NCBI RefSeq assembly: GCF_009914755.1
Contig: NC_060936.1
Strand: one strand, 5' to 3'
DNA: 64,000 bases
Source: the human T2T-CHM13v2.0 reference genome, Homo sapiens
The notes beneath the pieces are model-generated. The model ran no database searches. It was not told where the DNA came from and saw only the letters and a program-made list of their open reading frames with translations. The translations under genes were made by a program, and so were the position numbers. Below, piece by piece: positions 11,831 through 25,699 of this stretch; position 1 is the first letter of the stretch; every line of letters starts with the position of its first letter.

Positions 11831-13261
11831 GTTTATTTTTTTTTCAAGTAAGAGATCTTTGTTTGCTCCTTCATTGAGCCTTGTTTACTACATTACTTAT
11901 GTGAACCCCTAAGATACCTGGAGCTTATTTTGAGGTTGGGAGTTGGAATTATTTCAGGGAAAAAAGAAGGAATTCTTAGTTCTATTCTGGAAAAGTCAAA
12001 GGAAATTGATATTGATTTTGTTTCAGCTTTTGGTTCTCACAGAAAATTAGAGAGTGGGACAGAGAGAATGAGCAAGGTAGAATTCATGTTCATGTGCTCC
12101 TGGGAAAATTAGATTTTTTAAAGGAATTAATACTAGAGCTCCCTTCTTAGCTATTCCCCAGAATGACTTTCTTTCCTGAGTTTAAGGATATATTACCTTA
12201 AAAAATGCTTCCTGAGCGCTTCTCTACTCAGTTCTGAAAATAATGAAAATTCAGCTCCTTTCAGTGTTTGAAGGAAAAAAAAAGATTTGGGAAAGAAAAC
12301 TAACCATATTTAAGATTATCCCAATGAGTTTTCTGCCAAAACACCAGATGCTACTGGAAAAAAAAGATAGCTGCCACAATTTGCTGTCTGGGAACTGTGC
12401 CCGCCTGTTTAACAGGGAGAAGGAAAGCGATGTAGAAGAATGAGGTAAATGGCAATCCTACTGCAAATAAACAGTGCTTTTATATATTAAAAAAGGTATA
12501 GTAAATACTATTATGATTACAGCACTAATTCACATCAAAATTCTTTATCACATTAAATTAATTATCAAATTTAAAGTATTTCTCAGGAAATACAAGAGCA
12601 CCTTAGAGCAAATACAGTGTGAATGCTGGTCACTGTCACAGCCATTGTAAAAACTTTTTCATATCTTTATGATAAAACTTTCTGGCAATATTGTCAGTGT
12701 CAGCCTGGGAATGTTCTAGATTCAGAGGTAAGCTTTGCATTTCAATTTTCTCATGTTGATTTTTGTTTTCCTTTTAATTTTTCCTGGATTTGGATATGGC
12801 CCAAGTTTTTTATAAGCCAAATCTATGTTGCATTTGCCTTACCCAGATTTAGGTTCCTTCCCTCTCCTCTCAGTGAATGAAAGCAGCATTAGAAATAGAA
12901 TTAAATTTTGAGAAATGGAATATGTGTAGTTTAAAGTGAGGCAATTGAAGCAAACCTCAAATTAGATGATAATTCCAACTTTATATTATTGTTGAGCATA
13001 AAAAAATGCTCAGGTGACTTCTCTCCTATTTTTATGCAATTTTGTGCTATCTGGCTCTAGCTTATAGCAGAAACAGAAGTTTCTATAAATTGTGTGAAAG
13101 GCAGACTTTGCTGCACTTCTCAACACTCTCCAGGATATATAAAAAAACCCAGAAATAAGAACGGATCTAAGATTTCCTGCCTTCTGCTTTTTGAGTTACT
13201 CAAGTCTTACTCAGCCTGAGGTTTGGATTGTTCAACAGTTAATCTTATATATTTTTTAATT

Positions 13262-13646
13262 TGTTGTGGACCAAATATATGTATCCTCCCCAATTCATAT
13301 GTTGAAGCTCTCTCCCCCAGTGTGGCTGTATTTAGAGTAAAGAAGTAATTAAATAAAGTCATAGTGTGGGGCACTGATCCAATAGGATTAGTTTCCTTAT
13401 AAGAGGAGACACCACAGAACTCACTCCCTTGCTGCCTCTGTGTGTATGCACTGAGGAAAAGCCATGTGAGGACACAGTGAGAAGGCAGCTGTCTGCAAGC
13501 CAGGAAGAGAGCCCTCACCAGCAACTGAATTGGCCGGAACTTTGATCTTTGGATTTCCCAGCTTCCAGAACTGTGAGAAAATAAATTTCTACTGTTTAAG
13601 TCACCAGTCTGTAGTATTTTGTATGGCTGCTCAAGCATAACAAACA
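13262..13646 (+). mobile_element. MLT1A-like solo LTR (MaLR)
   Basis: ccttataagaggagacacc...gccatgtgaggacacagtgagaaggcagctgtctgcaagccaggaagagagccctcacc...ccagaactgtgagaaaataaa. Confidence 0.88.
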
Positions 13647-13704
13647 ATATTTCTGTTTCTACTAATGATAAAGGAAGACAAATTGGCTCCAAAAAGGAGA
13701 TACA

Positions 13705-13831
13705 TTATAGATGAGGGCAGGGACCTGGTTTGTCTTGTTTAATGACTGTCTCCCTAGCACCCAAGGGAGGGCCTGGCTCTTGGCAGGTACTATTTATTTC
13801 GCTAAGTGAATGAGTGGATGAATGAATGAAT
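13705..13831 (+). mobile_element. L2 3' end
   Basis: atgagggcagggacctggtttgtcttgttt...gaatgaatgaa tail. Confidence 0.8.
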
Positions 13832-14019
13832 AGGTAAGATATCCAAGCTTCTCATGATAGCTAAAACTGATCACTGAAGTAGATTCCAAAAAAGAGTATT
13901 ATGTTTTCCCCCTCAAAACTTCTTATATGTATGCTTATCTTATTTACTTCCAATTGTTTTGGAACAGTCCCCACTAAAGGCCATCCTGAGTTTTTAAAAA
14001 TAGTAATCTCCTGATTCTG

Positions 14020-14350
14020 TGTGAATTTCACCAGTGTTTCTATGAATGTTGTCTCTTGTTTCTAGGATCCATTTCAGCATACCACAGTACATTTGGTTGC
14101 TATGTCTCTCCAGTCTCCTTTGGTCTGTGACTGTTTCCTAGTTTTTCCTTGTTTTTGATGACCTTGAGGCATACTGGCCAACTATCTGGTGTAATGTCCC
14201 CCAATATAGATGTTTCTGACATTTTTCTCATGATTAGAATGGAGCTATGGGGTTTTGGAAAGAATACCACAGAGGCGAAATGTCCTCCTTATCACATGAT
14301 GTAAGAAGGTACATGGTATCCACATGGAATCACTAGCAATGTTAAACTGA
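14020..14350 (-). mobile_element. L1MC-type 3' fragment
   Basis: ctaggatccatttcagcataccacagtacatttggttgctatgtctctccagtctcc...ggaaagaataccacagagg. Confidence 0.65.
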
Positions 14351-14403
14351 AGTTGTCTGTACCATGTTAATATAATTACTTAACACATCTATAGTTAATT
14401 CAA

Positions 14404-14759
14404 TGCTATGGTCTAAATGTTTGTGTCCTCCCCAGATTAATATGTTAAAACCTGATTGATGATCAGTGTGATGGTGTTAGGACGTGGGGTATTTGGGAGG
14501 TGATTAGGTCATGAGAACAGAACCCTCGTGAATGAGATTTGTGCCCTTATAAAACAGGCTCTAGAGAGTTGCCTTGCCCCTTCCACCACCCTGGGAGGAC
14601 ACAGCTAGATGGTGCCATCTATGAACCAGAAGAGGCCGTCTCCTCATCTGGCTGTGCCTTGATCTTAGACTTTCCAGACTCTATGAGAAATTGATTATTG
14701 TTGTTTATAACCACTCAGTCTAAGGTATTTTGTCACAGCAGTCTAAATGGACTAAGACA
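14404..14759 (+). mobile_element. MLT1A0-like solo LTR
   Basis: tgctatggtctaaatgtttgtgtcctcccc...ttgggaggtgattaggtcatgag...ggactaagaca; flanks ttcaa/tgcaa (4/5 TSD match). Confidence 0.88.
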
Positions 14760-15964
14760 TGCAAAAATGTCACTTTAAACTTTCTGATATAGAAGATCTC
14801 AATCTCATCTCCTTAAATTCAGAAATGAAAACCTCTCTTCTTCTGCTTATCTTCTAGAAAGTAAGATTATGTGTGTATTTTCGTGTGTGGTCTTACGCAC
14901 AATAAATACTATATAACCTAATATTTTCCTCTTTGTCTGAAGAACAATGGTGAAATATGCTTAATAAGTTAACAGGGAGGAATTTTCTCTAAGGTTCTTG
15001 GTTCATTTCTGAGATCCAGATAGGAACTTTGATGGCAGGGGGCTCAACTTAGCCCTCCCAGTATTAGCACATTAGGTACCTTATAAAGTGTAATTTATTT
15101 AATGTCCCGCCAGCCATACCACCCTTAAGTGTGATGTCATCAACACATTAAATGAGAACATTTGAGACTTCCAAGTTAAAAAAGAAGTAAATTTTGGCAG
15201 GGAACTCAGAAGGTGGTACGGAAGCGGTAGTGTGGTCTCCTTTCAGTTGCACCTGAGTAATGCAGTAATGCTGATGAGTAATGCAGAGGTCAGTGTGCTG
15301 GGTGCTGATCAGCAAAAATAAAGAGATATAAAACTGAGAGTCAGACCCCTTTATTCTTAAAAAACACTGAGATGTTTCCCTCTGCCTGATTTTTTGTGGG
15401 AATATTTATACTGGAACTTATCCAAAGTTGAGTCAAGTCCGGGTGAGTGAAGCAGCCTCCAGGGAATAGTGTGCCTGTCCAAAACAGGTAATTACCTTGG
15501 CCAGAGTTTGCTATATGAATGCACACTTTGCTCCCAACAAAGCCTTTAACTTGCTCAGCCTCTCTCTTGAATTGGGCCCATTGTGCCTCACTAAACTTTT
15601 GAAATTTTATTGGCTCTTCATATTTTACTTTCTGTCTTTAGATACAATTTAACGCATTTACTGTCACAATGCACTCAAGCGCTGTGACTAAGAAAGTAAG
15701 AGATAACTGTGGATAGACAAGAAAGAAAATTTCTAGATTGAAGATGCACGTTGACTCAAACTGTTATTTCAGAAAGAGCATCTTAATGTCTTCTAGATCA
15801 ATAACTCTTTTTGAATATCTTTTATGTGCAAATCAGTATGTTAGATTCAAATATGTACAAAGAGAGATAAGGAATGGTGCTACCTTTACATAATACGTTG
15901 TGAGACAAGGATCAAATCCATAATTAATCAATAATCAAATCCAGCATATAGATATATAACTATA

Positions 15965-16275
<311 letters not shown>

Positions 16276-18249
16276 TAAATATAGTAAAAATAGAATGAAA
16301 ATATAGCAATTGATTTTGTGAAGCTCTTTACGTTGTTAAAATAGAGGTATGCAAATTGGATGAAAGCTCACTTTGTTAAGAGGTAAAGGGAAACCTTAAG
16401 TGGCTTGCATTTGGTTATCCATAAGCATTCTGAGTCTCATAGATAAAACTTGGGATTTTATTATGAGGTTATTATCACACTGAACTAGAAGTCAACCTCA
16501 GACCTCTCAGCTGCATAACTTGGCAGTTCCAAATACTGCGCCCACATTCCTTGGCAAAAACAAGCTCCCAAGAATTTTGAGTTCTTAACCTCTACATTTT
16601 CTTGGTGGTATGTCATCAACCACACCTGTAGGCACGATCTTTGTTCCTTTAACATTCCATTGAGCTTTGTACAAACAGTTAATCTACCCAACACATACTC
16701 TCAATTTTCAGAGTATTGGATGATGCAATAAATATTGAGAGACTTGCAGAGATAAAACAAGCGAAAGCATTCTAGTGATTCTTATTTTTTATTAATTCTG
16801 AGATGTCTTTCATAATCTATGAATTTTCTATTTAGGTTTTATTTTGAAAGGCACTGGCCCAGAATAAAGACTCTTATCTCTCATTTCTAGGAAAGGCATT
16901 GTGTCTCAGGGTATCCTTACCTTTTTCGGTTTGTTTTCTCCATATTTTGGGCCTGGGAAGGGTAGGAGCTTGATTTTTCTTGTTTTCATATATTCCCAGC
17001 AATGCATTTAAAATAAAATTTTATATTTGATTCAGCATTTAGGATCTTATTGTTCAAGGGCTATTGAAAATATTTAGTTCACCATACTTTTTAAATTCGA
17101 AGTTTTCTCTAGAAACTCAAAGGAAGTGGAATAAATGAGTATGACTTTATCTCATTCTTTTCAGCTCTATCTCATGCTCTAGCCATAAAACACTCTTTTT
17201 TTTTTTGCAATGAATAAACCAGGTATTGCAATCAGTTCATTGATATAATTAGAAAACACATAGAATTCTATTAGATTGTCTTCTATACTTTCTGCAGCAC
17301 CATTTCCACTCTCAGCCCCCATTTCACTCCCTAAAGCAACTTCCAGTAGCCAGGATATTTTAGTGGTTCTTGTGGCAATAAGAGATGTGACCTGGTCCTC
17401 TCCTGAAAGAGTAATAGAAAGTCAGACTTTTTTTTTTTTTTTGGCTTTTTATCCATGCAGTCTTATCTGATAAACCTTGCCTCGTGGAAGAGAGTTTCAT
17501 GGTGGAACGTGGGTTGGTGTACTGTTGTTAGGGCTCCAGATAGAATTGGGGTTTTATCTAAACAGCCAGAAGGGTCAGTTAAGATACAGAAGTAATGATG
17601 ATGAGATTGGTAATGATAACAAATACATATCAGTGCTTACTATCTGCCAGGCATTGTTTTATGCATTTTACATATTGAAACCATTTGGCCCAGAAATGAT
17701 AAAAAGAAGACAAATTTCAGTTTTGTTTTACATTAGCAATAGGTGATTAGTTACATCTGGGCCTTTTTTATATGTTTATTTAGTGAGTTAATAGTTTAGG
17801 TTTTTGTTTTAGAGGCAAGTGGTAGGTAAGAATAGGTGTGTCTTCTTTGCATTTAGGACAAAAAAATTGAGAACTACACTAGATACAGAGTTAACTAAAT
17901 TAAATTAATTAAACTATAACCCTTAGAGCCCTTTCCATCATTTGTATACAACTGGTGTCTATCACCCGGCAAATGAGCAGAGAAGAAAATGAGTTATTGT
18001 CTGCCTTTATACCTGCCTGTGTTCCTCTATAATTTTCAGCAAATATTTCTTCTTCTTTTAAGTGTTCCCTCAATGCCAGCTGTTATGTTAAGAACTGAGA
18101 TGACAATATTGAAAGAGCAAAGAAGGTCACTGGGCTATGGAGGTTTACAATCTGCTGGAGGTTATAGACAAGTAAATGAGAAATTTAAATACAGTTGGAT
18201 AAAGTAAAAGAGAAATCTCAGTTTCTTCTACTCTCAGATACCTAGTGTC

Positions 18250-18363
18250 TATTATTTTGAGATTTTGCTATTTCAGTATTTTGTGAATTTTGCTTAGTGA
18301 ATTGCTATTCATAAATTGCTATTAGTGAATTTTGCTATTTCACTATTTTGAGATTTTGCTATT
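18250..18363. repeat. Irregular micro-duplication mosaic built from attttgctatt / gtgaatt
   Basis: 20-bp direct repeat tattttgagattttgctatt at 18253-18272 and 18344-18363 brackets several partial copies. Confidence 0.85.
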
Positions 18364-19558
18364 AAAGTAATGTTGAAACATTATACAAAAAAAAGAATCT
18401 GCTATATGGAAATGAGAAAACCTTAAATAAATTGTGGCTGTGAGTCCATGAACTTCTGCAATGATGATTCCATGGCATGGTGAAATTTTACTTAATAAAA
18501 TGCATTAGTGCAGACAAGCTGTAGTTTTAACATTCCCATGTGTATAATTTAAGAAGACGGCAACAAATTGGAATAGCACCAAATGAAACTCAGTAATAAG
18601 TGTCTGTTGAACGGATGAATAAAGAAAAACAAAACTGACTAAAGAGCTCTTCCTCTTGCCTCTTAGTTGAGAAACATTTGAATTATTCTTTGTAACATGC
18701 TTAATTTCATTCCTCATGTTAATGACTGCCTTGCTAGATCTCAATTATTTTTTCAGGTTTAATCTGTCTTTGTAAGAAATTCAGTAATTCTCTTATTTGT
18801 TCCGTTTTAGGAACATCTGTTGCAAATCTAGTATTGAGTTTATTTGAAACTAACAGCTGCCCAGTAGCCCATCAAAAGAAATAGCCTAGGTGAAAGCACC
18901 CTGTAGATTTCTTTCTAAAAGGTTCAGTTTCTAAAAATTTACCTTTAATTACATTTAAATTATGTGATATGAAACATATAGGGATGGCAACAATTCTCAC
19001 TGTTAAGCACGATGGATCAGTATTTCGTGCTTATAGTAATCCTGATGTATTTAATCCAAATATTTAGATATTTCAAAGCTACAGAAGAGAAGAAAATGTT
19101 ATAATTTGAACTTGAGGCCATCTGGCTTATCTGGATCTTGGCTAACACTTTCCAAGTGAAGTGCCCCTGCCTAGACTCTGCAAGTTTCTTTGACAAATTC
19201 CCAACTCATGTCTTTCTACAAATTATGTTAAAATAAATTTGAACGGTATAACAGTGAGTCTTTGAGTGGAGTTTGCTTTTCAGAACTAAGCAAACAACAA
19301 GCTACTACTAAAATAATCATTAAAAAGAAAACCACAAAACTGCTACCAGACTAGACTCTACAAATCTTGAAGCCTGTGATGCCTGTCTCAGAAGTTTTAG
19401 CTAATTTAGCAAGGGGCATTTGTGAAATGCTAGCAAAGACTCCTCTGGCCACATAAAATATGACAGCAATCATATACTCTTTAAACTTTGAATTTGTAGA
19501 TTTGCTCAACGCCCAAATAGGACTTATGCTCATACAACTTAACTTTTGTGTAGAGTCT

Positions 19559-19780
19559 ACTGTTCTAAGCTTCTACATACTGGCACTGTTCTAAGCTTCT
19601 ATATACACTAGACAACAATCGTTAGAAGTGAAGACTGTTGCTAACCTCAGGTTGTAAATGAGCAACTGAAGTCGAATAACTTATTTATAGTGACACAGCA
19701 AATGGATGGGTAAAGTCTAAGGTCACTAAGCTAGCAATGGGAGGGTTAAAATTGAGACCCAGGCCTCTCTAATTCAAAAT
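19559..19780 (-). mobile_element. MIR fragment with an internal 26-bp-period duplication (actgttctaagcttcta x2)
   Basis: ggcactgttctaagc, gagcaactgaagtc...aacttat, tgagacccagg motifs. Confidence 0.6.
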
Positions 19781-20209
19781 TCTATCTGCCCTACTGCAGT
19801 TGACGGCTCATCTTTTGGCAACTGCCTGCAAGAGTACAAAAGTAACCAAGAAGACACTAAGGCAGAACTCAAAACACAGCAACACTGTGTACCTCTATGG
19901 CAATATGCTGCTTCTCTGTTTTTACCCCATCTCCTAAACGTGAAGCCCTTTCTACCTCTTGCCTCTCTGCTCATTTCCTTTGGTCCCCACATTGTTTATT
20001 CCTACTATACATGAATACAGGCAATTCTTTCTAAAAGCTTATGGGAGACTGATAAAATGTCTACGTTATCAGAAGACAAAAGGGGAATCAAAAAGTATCT
20101 AGAAAAAAGGACTTCACAGAGACCAAAATATATTATTCAGACCTCAAAATCAGGTTTTGTTTTACAGTACTATTTCAATAAACTGACTATAGAGAATCAT
20201 TAATTGATG

Positions 20210-20670
20210 ACATTCTAGATTTGGAAAGAACCATAGAGAGAATCAAGTCAATCTCTTCACTGTAAAGTTGAAAGAAATGTGGCCTAGGGAGCAGAGATGA
20301 CTTGTCCAAGATGACAAAGCCAGCAAGTGGCAGACCTGAGACTTCGCCATGGGGACCTTCAGGCTCAACTCATGTTCTCTCCTCTGACTCCTTGTTACAG
20401 AAACCCCCTCCTCGGCACACAGGATGGCTGCTTGGCCTCTCTTCACTGAGATTCCGTGCCTTGCTGAATGAGGCAGTGTACCTTGCCTTTAGGACTTGGA
20501 GTTCTAGAATTAGGTAGACTTGGGTTCAAATCCTGACTCTGCTGCTTGCTAATTGCATGAATCAAGTCTTAGTACTTACCCCCTTTAAGACTCCATTTCC
20601 TCCCCTGTAACATGAGAATGATACTACATGCTTCCTGCGGGTGTTGAGAAGATTAAAGGAAATAGTAGTT
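20210..20670. mobile_element. Two MIR fragments in opposite orientations
   Basis: gatgacttgtccaagatgacaaagccagcaagtggcaga; agacttgggttcaaatcctgactctgc...ctgtaacatgagaatgata. Confidence 0.7.
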
Positions 20671-20837
20671 AATGTTTATAGATTCCTTGCTCTGTGTCAT
20701 ATTCTGTGCCAAGTATTTTATGATTATTTTTTTCATGTAATCCTTAAAAAGTACATAAAGTGCTCAGGCCATATAACAATAAATATGTTTGTTTGCATGC
20801 AAAGAGACACATACCCATACATGTATCAATTAGGAAT

Positions 20838-20871
<34 letters not shown>

Positions 20872-20872
20872 C
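20838..20872. repeat. (CA)n microsatellite
   Basis: Seen directly. Confidence 0.98.
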
Positions 20873-21823
20873 AGGGAATTTCATTTAAGCTTTGACTACA
20901 TTGGCTTAAATAAATGTAGTCCTGTGGTAGGCAGTCCAGGGCCCTTGTGGTTGCCTCATGAAGCTCCAGGGACTCACACTCTTCCTGTCCTTCTGCCCTG
21001 CCAAAATCTTAGAAGACTGACACTCTCAAGGTCACAGGATGGCTGCTCAGTCACACCATCTGTGCTTCAGGTGCTTAAATAGCAGGAAGGGAGATGGGAA
21101 GGAACAGGAGGGCAAAACATGTTCTTCTGGAAGTGCTGCCCAAAGACATGTAAGTGCTCCTGTTTTCATATTGGCAATATTCCCTCTATAGGAAAGGCTG
21201 GGAAAGGTAATTTTTATTTGGGCATATTCTAACCCCAAGTATATGAAATGAGCAGGTAATTGGCAGTTTCTGTCATGTGTTTTTCAAGTCCAGATGAAGA
21301 CTTACAACTCTCTCCAATCTATTGAGGAGGTTACTGTATATACAGACTGTGTATGTATATTTTATTATAAAGAAACCATGGCTATTTATTACATGTAGAT
21401 GTGGGGTCTTAGTATATGTAGAGGTCAGGCATGTAAATATGATTGCTACATCATCTCAGAATTGGTAGCTGGGATTTAGGGCAAGGCCTCAGAAAAAAAA
21501 ATTGTCAAACAACAAAATAGTTTGTTGTGTGTTTGAGTCACCAAAGCAGGATTCAGAAAGGAATACAACAGCAGAGCAGAGGCAAATCAGCTAGAAATGT
21601 GATCACAGGAAATCAAAGGAATAGGTGTGTAAGGACATGCCTTGGTAGAGAGAAATTATCTAGGAAAGGGAGCCATATATAGAAGGAGGAGTTCTGGAGA
21701 GTCTGAAAGGTACTCCAGCTCAAGAAGTTAGGAAGCTGTTTGAGGGGTAGTGAGACTTAACCTTGAGGTCAACACAGGGAGAAACTGCGAAGAGGTGGCC
21801 TGGCCTCCTCACTGATAGAAGGA

Positions 21824-21917
21824 GTGTGTGTGTGTGTGTGTGTGCGCGCGCGCGTGTGTGTGTGTGCGTGCGTGTGTGTGTGTGTGCGTGTGTGTGTGTG
21901 TGAGAGAGAGAGAGAGA
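21824..21917. repeat. Compound (TG)n(CG)n(TG)n(GA)n microsatellite
   Basis: Seen directly; 79 bp of unbroken purine/pyrimidine alternation, then a GA tract. Confidence 0.98.
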
Positions 21918-23249
21918 ATGAGAGAATAAATCTCCAGTTCTCCATTTCATTCTGGGGTCAGGAATGAGGTGAGAAATAGAAGGAAAATATAATACCTTGT
22001 AATAAGTTGCTCCAAGTTAACTGGAGTAATGAATATACATATTTACATTTCATGACATGTAATATAATAAATTTTCTGCCCTCACTGCCTCTCTGAGCTT
22101 AGGCTTTTTTCAACACCCCCTACTCAGGGCCACCGGGGAGGAAAGGAAGAAAGCAGCACAGAGCCAAGTTTGAAGTCCTGGAAGAGAATCTCCTGAGACA
22201 TTGGCTGAGGAACACAGAAAGTTACTTGTGGCAGAATCTTTCTGGAATTTTTCCATTCTGGGATACTCTGAGCCCATTTTGTCACAGGTCATCATGACTT
22301 GATGAATGAATATCATATTGGTTAATTCCTGCGGCTTAATAAAATCCTTTGTTCAAGAACAGCATGAAATTTTCAGAGTGTATCGACTCCTTGTTAGCTA
22401 TGATTGAGACTAAGAGTGCCTGGCACATAATAATCACTCAATAAAAATTTAATTAAATTTATTAATAAAATAAATGAATGCAGAATTATCTAGAGAGCAT
22501 TTAGTATGGCTCCAGTAAATGGCAATATGGTTATAATATGTTTACTTAATCGCTATTAATAGTGCTAGAAAAAACTAGCTTTATAAAGTACAATTTGAGT
22601 TTTTATTTTCTAGCATTGGTTGCGACCATTATGGTCAGACTCCTTCCATGGGGTGAAACAGTACCTTGAAAGAAAAACACAAAAAATCACTTTAAAATGT
22701 GTTGGTTTCTTGTTAAAGTGCCCTGAAACCATATCACTTTTTAAAAATCTATTCATGAGAATAAGAAAATCATTCTCCATGACCTCCATGAAGAAAACAA
22801 AGAACAGGTTAAATTATATTTAATATTTTACAGATATTCATAACAGATTGTCTAAAAAGCCTTTCCTGACTTTATCTTCTTTGTTCCCCTAAACATTTTT
22901 TTAAAGGATAAGCCTTAGAGACATAGATTTGATTAGCTCAATGTCTGTCCTACTTTACATACTTGAGTGTTCATTCATGCAATAAGAGTATGGCCCTGCT
23001 ATGTTCAAGGCAGTGTGTCAAATAAGATCTGGTTCCTGCTTTTAGGGAGCTTTCAGTCCGCAGGAAGATAAGGATAAATAATCATTTAAAACATAGTGCT
23101 TTTACATGAAAGATAAAGATAAGTAATCAGTTAAAACATAGTGCTATTATGTGATATAAGTACTGAAATACAATGACGGTACATGTTATAATGGTGATTT
23201 GCATAAGATCCTCTTGCCATATAGAGGTGGTTCAGCGTAATTTTTTTAA

Positions 23250-23435
23250 GAGCTCAAACATGGGTATTTGAAGTCTGGTTTCTAATACTACCTATACCCC
23301 TCACTAGCTGTGTGATGTTAGGCAAATTACGTTGTCTCTCAGTCTCCTTATCTGTAAAGTGAAGACAACAGTAGTATTCATCTCAAAAGGTGTTTTGATT
23401 TTATGAGATATACTTATTATGAAATCACTTAGAAT
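23250..23435 (+). mobile_element. MIR
   Basis: cactagctgtgtgatgttaggcaaattac...cagtctccttatctgtaaagtg core. Confidence 0.8.
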
Positions 23436-23444
23436 AAAATAAAA

Positions 23445-23965
23445 ACTCCTTGCAATCATGCTAGATTCCAGTCTCTGCCCCTCTCATCAATCTCATCTTT
23501 CTCACCCTCTCCTTTACTTGTTACACACCAGCCACACTTTCTCTATGTCCTGTAATATACCAAGTCTTCCCTACTTTGGGCCTTAGAACATGCTGACTCC
23601 TTTTCTGAAATGCTCTAATACCCCAACTCCCACCAACTAATGGTGACTCATCTCTGAGATTTCAGCCTAAATATCTTTTCACAGGTCACAGCTCAAGCAT
23701 CTTTCTCCTGATCTCAAAGTGTATATCAGTTCTATTCACGTTTCTGTTTTCTTTCCTACCTGCCTGTTGTTTTCTTACACAGTACTTGTAATAATTTTAA
23801 TTCTATCTTCTTCTGTGTATATACAATATTTATCTTCCTCCCTAGACTGTAGCTCAAGAGGGTGAGGATCATATCTTTTTCATCACCGTAAACTCATTTC
23901 ACCACAAAGCTTGGCAAGGAGGATATACTTTAAATATTTAGATTTAATAGGAAATAAATGAATGG
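23445..23965 (+). mobile_element. L2 3' fragment inserted in or next to the MIR
   Basis: cctagactgtagctcaagagggtgaggatcatatc...aaatgaatg. Confidence 0.7.
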
Positions 23966-25568
23966 AAACATGGCTTTGCATATAAAGCATTAACACTGTG
24001 TCTGGCTTATAGTAAGAGTTTTATAAATGCCAACATTTATAATTTTAAACAGCAGGTATTAGATTTAGAGAGTGAGAGGGGTCAGAAAATTTTCCTGGAG
24101 GAAGTGACATTGGAATTGAAGTTTGATATCAAGTTCTTACTTTCTCATGTTTTTGGGCTTTACAGAACAGGGATTGTTAGGCTATATCAGTATGTTTTAT
24201 GACAATCCATAAGAATTTTAAGAAAAAAAATGACTAATCCCTTTACTTTTGAAATTATTTAGCATAGTTTCTTCTGATGTGTTCAAAGCACTGCTTCACA
24301 TTATCTCTTGGAGGCAGGTCACAGGAAAGATGGTTATTTCTGTTTCAGAGATAGAGAATTACAGAACAAAGAACAAAAGTGAAGTCAGGCTATGTGGTGG
24401 ACCTTCTGGAACAGATGAAGGAATAAAAGGCAAAGGGCATCAAAGCAAACGTTAAAGCCAACAGGTCAAGGAAAGTATTACCGAATTCCCAGCAAGTTAC
24501 ATGTTTGGCTGCCGCAGGCTACATGCTGGAGCTGATATGTCCAAAGGGAGCATTCCGGAAAAGGGAGTGGTCTCCGTTCCAGCAGTCTGGACTCCCCAGA
24601 GTGAAACTCAAGATAGCCTCATTAGGAATCAGGATGGCTCTGTCAGAATAGGCCCTAGCCATGATTCCATGGACTGAAATGACCTCCAGCAGGTAAAAAT
24701 AAGAGCTGATGAAGTCTGAGGACTTGCAAGGTGCTCACAGTCCTCATTTAGGAAGATTTTCCAGGATATACAGAAGATCTCAGATTAGAATACCTATTTA
24801 TGGGGTTTTATAGGAAACCACCATGCTGCCACATACTCTATTATTTCAACTTTGCCAACTTAAGCTCATTTAAAGAGCTTAAAATAATCAAAGATGCTAA
24901 GTATTTAACATATGTTTCCGTAAAATGAGTGGAAGGAAGAAGGATAAGATCTTCCTTTTGGGCAATTCATTGGCGACTACTGCAGGAAGAAAAAAGTTTT
25001 GATTTTTGTTCAAGGAAGTTTTTTTTGTCTTTTTCCATTCTTCCTTCCTGTCTGGCCCCTAAAGTAAAAACTCCCAGAAAGCATAAAAACAGAGACTATC
25101 AAGCCTGACTCAGTTTCCTCTGTCTCCTCTTTGGCAGGCTTTTCCCAGCCCATCCGAATCACTGAAATCAGTATCATTCTTGAAATGAATACGGTTGCTT
25201 TCTCCTGCCTAACATGCCAGTCTCAGAGACTAAGGCTATGATTTCTTTGAGTCAACTTTTATTTAGTGTTTATTATGGGCCAAACTCTAAACTAAGCTCT
25301 AAATCTGCAAAGACAATAAAATAAGATGACTGCCAGTAAGAAATTCTAATCTGCTGGGTAGGGAGAAACACAATTTGCTGCAGTGTAATAATTATTCCTT
25401 GATAGACATAGTTTCTATGGGAGCCCAGGGAAGAGAATAAGACCATCAAATCATTCATTTATGGAGTGCTGACCAAAGGCGAAGCCTTACCCTGTATCTG
25501 GGAAAGATAAACACTGAAAAAAGAAAAGTTTCATTTCCTCCAGGAACTTAACATGCACTTATGAAAGG

Positions 25569-25570
<2 letters not shown>

Positions 25571-25606
<36 letters not shown>
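25571..25606. repeat. (CA)n microsatellite
   Basis: Seen directly. Confidence 0.98.
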
Positions 25607-25607
<1 letters not shown>

Positions 25608-25699
25608 CAAATAATATATAATGATATCTATTTTAGGTTCCTAAAAACTAACTGTGAAAAAGTACTCCATGCTCAAAGGTGACTTCTATATCAAGCATT

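Noticed and set aside
12340-12450. Possible exon ending at gag|gtaaat
   Set aside because: No convincing acceptor or coding signal, and the donor is mediocre
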